The position numbers and the translations under genes are program-made. A stretch of 63,587 nucleotides of DNA, filler included, from Cercozoa sp. M6MM (Eukaryota > Protista > Endomyxa: Ascetosporea), in the NCBI GenBank assembly GCA_040357565.1. It is 5 parts of 5 records of this genome, joined end to end, with 100 filler letters (N's around TTAATTAATTAA, not from the genome) between each part and the next. Parts side by side here need not be neighbours in the genome. Positions count along the whole stretch, not along the records: positions 18,944 to 38,092 come from JBDODJ010000217.1; positions 38,193 to 43,033 come from JBDODJ010001035.1; 3 more parts are not named here. One strand, written 5' to 3'. Below, one piece after another: positions 26,801 to 38,263 of this stretch (position 1 is the stretch's first letter; each line of letters begins with the position of its first letter). The notes beneath the pieces were generated by a model. The model had not been told where the DNA came from, searched no databases, and was given only the letters and a program-made list of their open reading frames with translations.

Positions 26801-29735
26801 TCCGTGTTCTCCAACTCGAATCTCGCCTGGGATTAAGGAATAAAAGAGGCAACAAATAGGTACGAAAATGAGTCAAGCTACATGCAGACGCTTGGCAAAG
26901 AGACGTGCGTGGTGTTGCTCAGCACGCGACTGATTGGCGCGCGCCTCGTCCAGCAGTGCCTGTGTCAAAGAGAGAGCGGGTGGGGGGGGGGGGGGGATAA
27001 ATGAAATCAAGGAGTAAAGTCGCGGCACCTGCATCTCCTGCACCGACGGGTGGTCCTCCACGAGTTTCTCCACCGCCTTTACTTCCTGGAGAGGGAGGGG
27101 TGAAGTTAAATGGGTAGTGAAGAACTCAACAATAACTGAGATACATCGGCAGGCATCTCGCCCAGGACGGTGACACGCTGACGCAGACTGTCGACGTCCT
27201 CAAACGCCGTCTCGTCGATACCGGCCATATGGGGTGCCTGCAGTCAAATAGAGGTAGAGGGGTAAAAGAGACCAGGAATAAACGGTAAGCTCTCAACGCA
27301 CGCCAGTGTTCTTCGAGATCACACTCTGCATCCACGCTTCGCGAGCCTACTCAACAACGTGCGAGGTAAAGTGGTGCTATGAGAGGGGTCAAAGGGATAA
27401 GACTGCACCAGAGGCATCTGTTCACTGAGCAAGTGAACGCGCCGATCGCGCAGTTCCTGCTCTGCCGTGCGCACCATGCTCTCGCACACCTGCAGAGGGA
27501 GAAGGGATCTCCAACATAAAAGAAGGGACAAAAGCGCACACCTGCAACTCGCAACGCGCCTTCTCCTCCTGTGCCACCGCCGCTGCAAGGGCCTCCTGTG
27601 CAAAAAAAAAGCGAACGGGGTTACAACGAGAGTGTGGGTAAAAGAGAGACTACCCGACGCAGTTGCGCACGCACGCGCATGGCGTGACACTGCGACGGCG
27701 ACACTGCCGCCACCACGCGGTACAGCCAGCGCTCGCGCGTCGCCAGTGGGACCTACGGGAGGAACGAACAGGACAAGATGGTAAAGCAGAGACGTTTAAG
27801 GGTCAAACATACCTCGTAGATGGCAAATGCGGCCACAGCAAACACGAGGGCAACGACGAGGTAGATGGCATTGCTTTCGGTCGTCATCTGACGCAGTTCC
27901 TCCTCACTGTACTCCGTGTCTAGTACCGTCACGACCTTGTACTCCAAACCACCAGACGCGTGCACCGACAGTGCCGACACCCAGTAGCCTGGAAGGTAAT
28001 AGGGAGTGAAGGAAGCTGAATGGAAAGCAAGGGTATAATGAGGTACCATCATCAGTGCGATGAGGCTTCACAATGACGGCATGTCCGTCTTCACCGGGTT
28101 CGTACGACTGCGTCAGTCGGTCGCCCAGGTAGCCCAGTGCATATTGCTCCTGCGCACTCTCGGCGGTTGCGCCTTCCTCAAAGGTGCGAGCCACAGTCGA
28201 CATCTCCTGCTCGAGGAAAAAGGCACAGTGTTGAAGGAGGGCAAAACGGGTCAAAGGTAAAGAGCAAACTACGTCGATGGTGATGAAGGCACAGCCCTTG
28301 CGCGGAATACGCGCGCGCTCGAGTGCCGGTTGCATGTACTCCGGGATCAGGTCAGCAGCCACAATGATCTCGACTCCGGGTCGTGTGCCATTCGGCAGAG
28401 GTGCCAGTGTCACGCGTCGGTAGTCGTGCACCGTCAGACCGCGCTGCTGCAGGTAGTCATAACGCTGCGTCCACTCTGGTCGCTTCGTGTTCAACTACGC
28501 CCACAAAAGATTAAGCTGAGCCTTATAAGGTGAGGAGGCAGAGAAGGAGGGACAACACTCTACCTGAAACCACGGTCGCGAGGTTTGATCGAAGGCACCG
28601 CTGCTGAGGGTCGTGCCCGTGGTCGACAGCGTGCCCTCATCGTCGAGGATATCGTAGGCAATGATCTCCTTGGTGTCTGATGTCTGGTACCGCAGTTGCC
28701 GCTTGCCATCACGTGCGTTTTTCTCGTAGAACACGCCGATCATCTGGTGCGCGGATGCCATGTAGAAGCCCTGTGGGAGAGTACAAGAGGTACAACACGA
28801 CTGAGGGTAAGCGAGATAAATAGATTACCGTGGTTCCGTAGCCGCGTGTAAGTGAGTAGTCGTCTTTGCCTTTGTCCAGGTCGATCGTCGAATTCACCGT
28901 GAATTGCTGCAGCATCACCTCGAACGTCTGCCAGAACGCCCACGCCGGTGGATGTGTCTTATTGCTGCGTGCCACAGAGGAATACGTGACATGGGGCACA
29001 GCTTGGGGGGGGGGGTACAACTGATAGGTGAAGAGAAGTTACCTCGGCGGGTACAAGGCCGTAGTTACATCGCTCGAGTTACTGCTGACAAGGTTCTGGA
29101 AGAAGGAGCCGTCCAGCAGGGTGGAGTGACCGACCGACACGACATCGACGGCTTGTCCAATGTCGCGACTAGCCAGTTCACTCACGCGGTCCTCCGCCTC
29201 GCGCAGCAGTGCCTTGGTCGACGTCGCCAGCGACTCCTGCGTTGGCTGCCGCCAGGCCTCCCAGCCGCCCTACACTCGAGAGGAGTAACAGTTTCAGTCA
29301 ATTAGTCAAACCATGCCTAGACTTACCACAACAAAGGCCAGGATGAAACCGGCGAAGAACACAATGGCCCAAACGGCACGTGGCATGCCACAGTAGCGCG
29401 TTTTCGCCTCCGGTTTCTCTGACTCTTCCTCTTCCTGGGAAAACACGCATACCACAGGTGATCCACCAGGTGACCCACACAGGTGACACCGGCACCTCCT
29501 CCGTGATGACAGGTGGCTTCGCGTCTAACACCGACTGCTCGCGCATGCGCAGTAGCGTGGCCGAGCGGCCCATGACAGCGCCATCACTAAACAAAAGCGT
29601 TCATCAGTTCGGCTTTTCAAATCAGACAAAACAGCGGCGTATTAGAAGTGATTGGGGAACATTAAGAAAAAAGCGAAGTGCAGCAAAACCAAAAAAGGCC
29701 TAAAGGCAGCACCTAGCACTATCATTGTCAGCCAT
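20892..29735 (-). CDS. Fusion protein: TM-dCache-TM-linker-TM-dCache-TM followed by a two-pore channel (2x6TM); about 50 exons
   Basis: dCache1: FDQTSRPWFQ|LNTKRPEWTQRY...IIVAADL. dCache2: AVYLGRGDG, FDPRDRNWY, ELYTYASGGLGIT, GVFAIDIRL, WLSVFAVPKQD. TPC: ILGFAEP, ALRPLLL, FISTGDNYEELVYPAY, VVEIGVKVFGWG, LRLF, FHLLV|AGWHDVMY, FFSNLFIGLVL. Inter-module junctions splice in frame with GT-AG. Confidence 0.82.
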
Positions 29736-31619
29736 GGCCGAAGCGGATCGCCGTAAGCCGCGTGATGGTAGGGCCGCACACTCGGCGTGAGTCTCGTGAT
29801 GTGCTGTATCCCACCGACTGACGAGTTGTCGAACCGCTGAGGAAGAAATTCACGTGCAAGATTGCTTTGATCACGACAACCACTGGGATCAGCCAAACGA
29901 TCAGGCTGCAGGAGCAACTGCAGTCTTTCACGGTCCGGACAGGTAGGTAGTGCAAATGATGGTGTGTTACCGTAATCTGCGATCGAGACACCGGGGATTG
30001 GCCAGCGCCACCATTGTTTTTGGTCCTGCGAGTTTCATAAAACTTAGACATCTGACCTCGTTTGCTTCACGAACAGGGGGATGTCTTAAAGAGCTGCAGG
30101 TTACTGACAGTACTATAACGCGTCTACAAGTACGTCCTGGACAGTGTGTTGTTTTTCTTGTGCCCGCCCGCTCCGACGCTGTGGTGAGTTGCTGGACCGC
30201 AACTGCCGACACTTTTTCAGTTAACGTAGCGCATTCAAAACGGCGACCACTTGGGAGGCACCAACATAGAAACAGTAGCACAGGCTGTACCTAAAGGCTC
30301 GGATCCGAATTGGCCAGGCAGCGACGGCCTGGATGCTGTCGGAGAAAACAAAAACGCGCAAATACGTGTTGCTCGAGACTCATTGTCACAGCTGACGCGA
30401 TACGCTGTCGAAGTTCCTTGTTTGGGCATGTGCAGTTCTTTAATCAAGCAAGTGCTTGTCAGCATCGTCGTCCTCTTGCTGTATCACATTTCCTCCTTCC
30501 GTCAGTATTAAAATAATGGGCGGTCTGTTGTTTGAATTAGTGGAGCGACGCTGTCACTGCTCGCGAGGTCACGGCCATTCGAGACTTTGGATGTTGGACA
30601 ATCCTACGTGCCTATGCGGCTGGAGCAGGAGCAAGGGAACCTCGTTGTGCGCAACCTTCCGCCGCCGTCGACTTCTTTAAACGTAAAAATGAATGATTAC
30701 TAAACTTACATTCCCTTTGCTCTTTATCACTTTCAGTCCAAAAAAGAGTCATGATTCAGCAATGCAAGGCGCACATCGTCGACTTCAAGTTGTGGCCGCG
30801 TTTGAATCCATCGCCATACGGTGGGCTTTGAAGGGGCAAGCTCAAGTTTTCGACACATTTACTGACTGGGGGAGTTTGTGAAACAGGAGTCATAGCGGAG
30901 GGCGCGCATGTCGATTGGACGCTTTCGAATGCTTCCTACTACCCTTTGGTAACGAGACTTAATTTTACTTCTGTACATTATGCATTACTCCTGTACATTT
31001 AATTACACGCATGACACGAGGGCTGTTTAAATCAGAGTTTCCCGATCGACTTTGACAACAGAGCGCAGTTGCATGCGCTAGCTGCTCGCGAGATCTTGGG
31101 TGTGGAAATGATTTTTAATGCCATGCACGGGGACTTATTTAATTGTTCGTATCTCGCAGGACTTGTACCTCCGACAAGCGCACGTGCTCAAGGAGTACAG
31201 CTTGTCACACTGGCCAGCGTTACTGTTTTGTGGCTTTTCACATTGATGGTGCCGGTGCTTGTTTGTAGTGGTGGCACCCCCGTCTGCCGTCGTTGAGCGC
31301 GACGCAGAAAGTCGAGTCGCTCTGGCACCAGGGACGGCTCGTTCCTGTCAGTGTGCTCGTGGAATGTAAATTTTACATCCAGTTTACTGGTCAATTATCC
31401 CCGTCAGTCTGATTATTGGGTGCTCTTGTTTGATCCTAGTGGACGCGAAAGCTGTCACAATGTTCCGCTACCCCAATCCTGATTTTTCGTTTTTCCGTGG
31501 CTGTCAGTTATCGACGCGCGGACGTCCGATTGCGTTACTTTGCCTTTTCGCGTATTTGCTAATTCGTTGATTCACCTTTCGTCACGTCCTTTGTCGTGTA
31601 GCGACGCAGTGTCGTGGTC

Positions 31620-32331
31620 AGCATACATAGCTCGCAGTACAGTGTGGAAACTTAAGCTTGGTCATGCACTCCGAGTGCAGGTAAACAATGAATTTACAAC
31701 GATGCCATTTAACAAAAACCTTCTGAGTGACTTCAGTTTGACTCTGAGTAATAATTTACAGGCACAAGTCATGTGCGTATTCGAAAAAACTGAGTGGACA
31801 AATTTTATCACCGCTAGTCGTAACGACGAGCGCGGAGAAGGTTCAGTTTTTCCTATTCGCCTGCCGTGGATTGCATTGCGTTTTTTGTTTGACCCAGGTG
31901 GCTACACCGTGACGGTGCAACACGGCGGAGAAACTTCGCACCGTGATTGCAAGCCTGCCTTGGAGGTGTCAGTCGACAGCATCGTAAATGTTCTTGGTAG
32001 TCTTTACTGAAAACTTCGTTTTGTGGACAAATATAGACATACCAGGACTGTAACTTTAGAGGGCGAAACCGTCACTTTGGGACTAAACTGCGGAAAGAAC
32101 TGTGTCGTGGCATTGGCTCCCAAACTGTAAATTCAGGACTGAAGTGCTGTACGAGACTCGTCCCTACTATTTCCAAATACTGCAATGTAGGTACGGCGAA
32201 GCTGTTCCGCGACAGGTGGCGCACTGGCTCAAGTCTGTGTTACAGCTGAGTAAGTTAGACGGTGCCATTTTGGGAGTAGTCACCTCGCACCTGGTACATT
32301 TAGTCTTTTTAATGATGAGTTTTTTCTCCTA

Positions 32332-32407
<76 letters not shown>

Positions 32408-34200
32408 ACACACACACAGACACACACACACACACACACACACACACATTACATAGTCCATCACGTACGTACAAAATCAGCTGTGCGAACATGTGAACTC
32501 TCTTTCCTCCCCATCATTTAAAAAAATGAAACTGTTTGTTCAGTTGGGCAAAGATTGTTGCCGAGTACTCGCAAAAACGCGGTTTTTGCCAGTGCACGCG
32601 CCAGCTGCGAAGGTAGACTTACCTTTACCGTGACCCAACTTGACGTTCGGCAGTCGAAGAAACATTACCCCGCTATTTGCGAAGGGCGCCGTCTACAGCT
32701 ACGGTGATGCGTTCGTCGGTACGCACTTGTTGCCGACGCTGGCACGTGCTGTTCACACCGTTGTCTTTGGCGATTGGTATGTCTCTTTTTTTTTATTATT
32801 CCTTCGGCATAAACAAGGTTTGTGCAAACAGGGACGAACTGTTTGAGATCCCGCGTCAAAATCAACGCGCTTTCGCCGCACACACAAAGAATATTGTGCG
32901 CGCACTTATCACTTCGACTTCACAGGTTCTTCTGATATTTTAGGTTTTTACTTCCCCGAGTGGTATACTAAACGTCTGTTCTAGGATGAGATCGAGAAGT
33001 GTTCAAGTGCTCTGATCGAACCTCAATCTGCAGGTATTATGTGACCGGTGGATGGTTTTATCTGATGAGATTCGCGTGTTTTCGCTTTAGTACGCAAACT
33101 ACTAGACTCGAAAGCACGTCGCGACTTTGTCTTGTAGTTTAGATGCTACAGGGGATTAAACCGGATGAACATCGCTGAGTTTTTCGTGTAGAAAGTGGCT
33201 TCACCAGTTCGGTTGTGCGATGACTCTGCAAGGAAAAACGGTACAATAAGTTTACATGTACACTTGGGCGAAAGTTAAATGTGGTTTCTCGGTGAGCAGT
33301 CATGGCGTCCAGAGGAAATGGTAATGTTCCACAACCACGCGGACGACGCTTACTCCAGAGCATGGCGAAAAAGAGGCATTGACGCAACTCCTCGCGGCAG
33401 CAGCGATGGCGCTGTGGTAAAGTGGCCTCTAGATTGGTGTGGAATTTTGAAGAATAGTGGGAAACTTAGCTCGAAGCGACGCAACACGCTGCAAGACACA
33501 ACAAGCACCATGCGCTGTTGCCAGTCAGTTGGCTTGAAGTTCACCTGCGACTCAACACACTCGACAACGTGGACAAAAGCACTTTGGCCGCGTATTGCCA
33601 GCTCACTGCCTATGTCCGAAGGTCTGTGCATATATGTTTATATTCTGGCATGTTTTTGACAGGGCTTACGCAAAAATGAGGGAGTGGTACACTCAGCCTG
33701 AGGTATTTACACACTAATAACAATTCCTAGATTTTCTTCACCTTTTCGAAAAATCGCAGAACGCCTGGAAGGACAATCCAAGCCACGAAGCGCGACGTGC
33801 TTTACAACTTCTGCTGGAGCAGCCAAACTTTGTAAGCAATAACTTTCGGCCACCGACTCGACGTATGTTCAGTTTTGCCCGTAGGAACCCTTCTTGTGGC
33901 ATGCACGTATCGTGAAAAGTCCGGGTACAGTAATTTTTGCCGGAGTGAATGAAGTAGGAAACACGAAGAGTCCCCTTCATTTCTGCAGAAGTTGGTGGCG
34001 TCACGCTGCGTGAGGAACGCGTGCGCGACTGGCATCGTGCGAGACGCGCCGCTAGGGCAGTCAACGGCAGTGCTGAGATGCCATTCCCTGCATCTCTTGT
34101 CGTCACTGGAGATTTTAAGTGGTTCTCTCCCATTTTCCTCTCTCTAAGTTTTGTAGTGACGCAAACACACATTTTGTAGTGACCACGAACCGGCGTGCGC
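31620..34200 (+). CDS. Possible multi-exon gene or pseudogene of unknown function
   Basis: Short open segments bounded by gtaaac/gttcag/gtaagc donors and ag acceptors; no recognisable motif. Confidence 0.25.
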
Positions 34201-34327
34201 GTGCAGTTGCGTCGAGTTTCTTAAACTGGCTCAGCGACTTGAACTCTCGTCCGGTATGGCGAACGCGTCTCAAACCCCCTAGCTTTTTGCCTCAGTCTAT
34301 TCCGTTAAACTTAGTTAAGTGTGTGTT

Positions 34328-34380
<53 letters not shown>

Positions 34381-35096
34381 AAGCAAGTGGCATTGTCAAC
34401 TGTAAAACCGAGTACTATACAAATACTTTTACGTCCACGCGCTGTGCGAATCCTGAGAGATTAGAAGTCCGAATTTTACACGTGCCAATTTCGAAGTCGT
34501 GTTCAGTGAGATATAGAAGTGTCGAAGATTTCGACGCGCGTTCGCTGAAGAATCCTCGAGCAAGCTTTTGCAGCTGAACTCAACGATACAACGCAAGGAA
34601 TATCTCGTGATTCTTCGATCCACACTGTAAATACGGGTCAGTTCAGTTCAGTTTGTTCGACGAACATGTTTTTGATACCGTGCAGTACCCGCAAACCCGA
34701 TCTCTTACATATGCATGCAGTTCGCCCTCGAGTTGCGTTGTCTGTTGCTGCAGTTGGTCTGCTCATACCCAGTGGTGCTCATTGTTGCTGTTTTTGACAC
34801 TGAAAACCTGTAGTACAAGTAATACGGTACCTATTTTTGCCATTAGTTTCAGTAGATCGACTTTACTCACAGTGGCGCCGCTCATGTGGCGGTGTCAATA
34901 CCGTAGAGCGTATTGGATAAATTTACACTCAGGAAGTCGTGCATCCTTTACAGCACTCCTTCGCGCGAGAACACTAACAGACAAGCGCGACTCGTTCACG
35001 TAAGCGTGCGTACTCGGAGTCGGAGAGCAAACAGCTGTAATGCGCCTGGTCCCTGTCCATACAGTTGGCACCATGAAGGCCTGCAGTAAATTACAC

Positions 35097-37594
35097 GGGC
35101 CCTCCCCTATCGTCGGGCCCATAAAAAAACTGTCGCGAAACAAGCTAGTTTTTACCTTTAATGAAGCCTGGGCGTGTGTAGTGATTGTTTAGGCGTTTTT
35201 GAATTGTACTAGATGCTTATTTGTCGAGTTATTGTTGCTCGGGTTTTTGGTTACCCGAGGCAGGCCCGCGCAATCTGTTTTTCTTTATTGGTTGATGTTT
35301 TTCGACATTTGTCGCAGGGTTTTCGAACTTTTAATTGACACATCATTGGCTAAGTTGATGCTCTTTCTCTAGGACGTTGTATTGCTGCTGAGCGAGACGC
35401 AAGGCAGCTGCGTTCTTGGCAACACGCTGCGGTCGTTGCACCTGGTCTCCTGCATCGCCGTCATCGTCCAAGTACATGGCTTGGACCTGTGGGACGAGAA
35501 TTTCGACCAAGTACGGTTCGCCTCGGACGCGTCTTCTTTTTGTCGGCCGCGGATTCTGTGCCAAAAGGTAGAATATTCGACAACAGTACCACGCTGCCCC
35601 AAGCATGTAAAGTTCGAATTCATGTTAAACATAAAGCGAAGATACCTCGTCTTCGCACTCGTTTGACTCGCTGTCATTCTCGTCGAGCAGCGCAATGAGT
35701 TGGTCAACAAAGCGCTGATCGTGAGTGGCGAGCACCGTCACGAGAAGTCCCTCCTGAGTTCGTGTGTTCTTCTCCATTTGTATGCCCTAAATTTAATCAT
35801 TGTGTTCATTGGATATGGGTGATTATATTTTATATGTGCTGTGACACCATAGGGGTTGGTGTATCAGAGTACCTGGGAGAAGAGACAGTGCAGCGCGCGC
35901 TTCCACAGAACAGCTTTCGCTCAGTATCGTCATCGTACTTTTTCAGCTGGCGCGTGTCACGGAAGCGCGTGAGCATGGTTACGGTCTCGTCATCGTGCTC
36001 TCCGATGCGAAAACCGAGGGTAGCGTTGCGGTACCACTGCACGAACGCCATAGCCATGGCGATGCTTGTAGGGTCGGTAACGCCTTTGAGCAGCACGAAC
36101 CTGCTCAGCAGCTGACGCACGTGGCTGTGGCCGCCTTCGGTGCTGTTGGTGTTGATGGTCTTGTTGGCGTCCTGCGTCGACCGCTTGACCCACTCTTGCC
36201 TGTGGTTGACGGACTCCAGACAACAGGCGAGGTCTTCGTGCGTCACGTTAGAATAGTCGATGCCTTTGATATGTGCAATCGCTCTATGGCCACAGGGTAC
36301 GCCTTCCACGAGTCCCTGTGTACCCAATCATACCTCTGTAGTGATTTATGTGTTTGTGTTCTGACAAAGTTTGTGTTCTGACAAAGTGCATGTACGTTTG
36401 AGTTTGGAACAGCGTGGAGCCCGGCTTGATGAAAACCTTGTCCATGAGAACGGGGTAGAAACTCTCGTTGTCTCGCTTCATGGTCACCTGGTACCGGTAC
36501 TCGAGTACGCGCCGAGTCTCGCGCTTATTTTCCTGCGGGATACATGCGCGAGATGATATGTTCTTATTGTGTGTTGCGTGTTGTGCGAAGTGTACAGGTG
36601 TGCTTGTACCTTGTCCCAGAAACGCGCGCACAGAGTCATCGAGAACACCCACACTTCATGTGAGCGCTGTGGACGACTGTGTTGGTTCTTTGTTGGCTTG
36701 TTCTTGCCGAGGCAGAACTACAAAAACTTGGTACTACATCTACATTTTATAAATTATGTGTACCTCGTCAATCTCTCGTCTTGGTTGCTGGCGCACAGAC
36801 GTTCGCCGAGTCGGTACTGCTCCTGACGCAGGCGTTCACTGCGGCCGAGGATTCCGACGCTGCGGCGACGAAGTGACCGCGTCCACCGGGGGCTTTTTTT
36901 CGGACGGTACGAGCCATGCTTGAGATGGTACCTTTGTCCCACGACATCACGTGCAGAGCTCTCAGGTTCTGACTGAGAGAGCCGCTGCCGTGCGACAAGA
37001 CTGTGTGAAAGCCGTCGGCTTGGCTTGTCGACAGGAAGATGCAGACCTTGCAGCACTTGCTGTTGCGTGCTGTGTTGCCGTCACGCTTCGTTGCTGTACA
37101 GCACCAGGCCAGTTTGTGCTCGTCGGGAGCTGCGCACCTTGAGCACAAGCTTTCGCTCACAGTGCTTGCAGCTCGGAACGTCTTCTCCGCGAACGCTTTT
37201 GTGCAAGTGCTCCTGCAACACAGTATCAAATATATTCACTGCTTGATGTTTTTTTCTATCGTGTTTATGTACCCGTAGTGCCTCAAGCAGGGTTTCCTCT
37301 TTAAGCTTCGCAAGTTCGTCTGTTGTTTGTGCAAAATGCAAGATTTAGAGCGATTCAGCAGGCGTTTTCTTCTTCTTGTCGGCACTCATGTTTTTTCTCG
37401 CCCAACGAAATTTTTGATTTTCTGTCGACGCGCCCGATCGCTAATGATGCTCTGCACACTGCTATTGTATTTATAGAGCACACACTGGGGGTCAGTGAAA
37501 AGTGCTATCTTTGTAAACTGATCAACATGAAATCTACTTGTTGGCTCAGTTTTATCGGCTCACTATTTTTACCCGACGATACGGTAGGATTCCC
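35097..37594 (-). mobile_element. Merlin (IS1595-like) DNA transposon, 2498 bp, imperfect TIRs, 9-bp TSD AAATTACAC
   Basis: TSD at 35088-35096 and 37595-37603. Left end gggccctcccctatcgtcggg versus reverse-complement right end gggaatcctaccgtatcgtcggg. Internal transposase motifs. Confidence 0.85.
35343..37341 (-). pseudogene. Intron-containing, frameshifted Merlin/ISXO2 DDE transposase
   Basis: CKHC..WCC zinc ribbon; EIDE|FCLGKNK...EVWVFS; IKPGST..TDSWKAY; SVNHRQEWV...INTNSTEG; frame breaks near 37125, 36775 and 36270. Confidence 0.82.
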
Positions 37595-38092
37595 AAATTA
37601 CACTATCTGGGGTATCTGTCCGAACGCCCCTATCCGAGTTAATCAATACTTCGGGCACCCCAATTGTTACTGCGACTCAATGGCCAATCAGTATGGGAAA
37701 GGAGAGACTAAGTAAATCATTCAATTAGATAAGTCGTCACTCAGTAGGGGAAATACCCCTACTGGGTCTCGAAGTGATCCCACTGGATCTCGACCGAAGA
37801 AAGACGTCCTTGGTCGTAACAATGCGTTTATGAAAGAAAAAACTCCGCCCTGTGAACACACGACGAAGTGAGTGGAATGGAAACCAGCCAATGAGCTAAC
37901 TGACCAGGCTGAAGCCGTGACGGAGCTTTCTGCTTCTCTGCAAGGACTCTGTCCAGGCAAGATCTACAGCAACAGCAATCCACTAAGTCAGTAGTTAGGT
38001 CTCAGAGCAAGGTACCAAGCCAGAACACTCTTAAACGTCTTTCCTGTCTCAAACTTGTTTGAGACATAGATTATGACCTCCACGCGGACGGG

Positions 38093-38192
38093 NNNNNNNN
38101 NNNNNNNNNNNNNNNNNNNNNNNNNNNNNNNNNNNNTTAATTAATTAANNNNNNNNNNNNNNNNNNNNNNNNNNNNNNNNNNNNNNNNNNNN
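38093..38192. other. Artificial contig linker
   Basis: N44-TTAATTAATTAA-N44. Confidence 0.97.
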
Positions 38193-38239
<47 letters not shown>

Positions 38240-38263
38240 ATGATAATGATGCTGATATCCGCA

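Noticed and set aside
33279-33659. HNH and DSTH words suggesting a MULE transposase or HNH nuclease
   Set aside because: Isolated short words with no supporting motifs or termini
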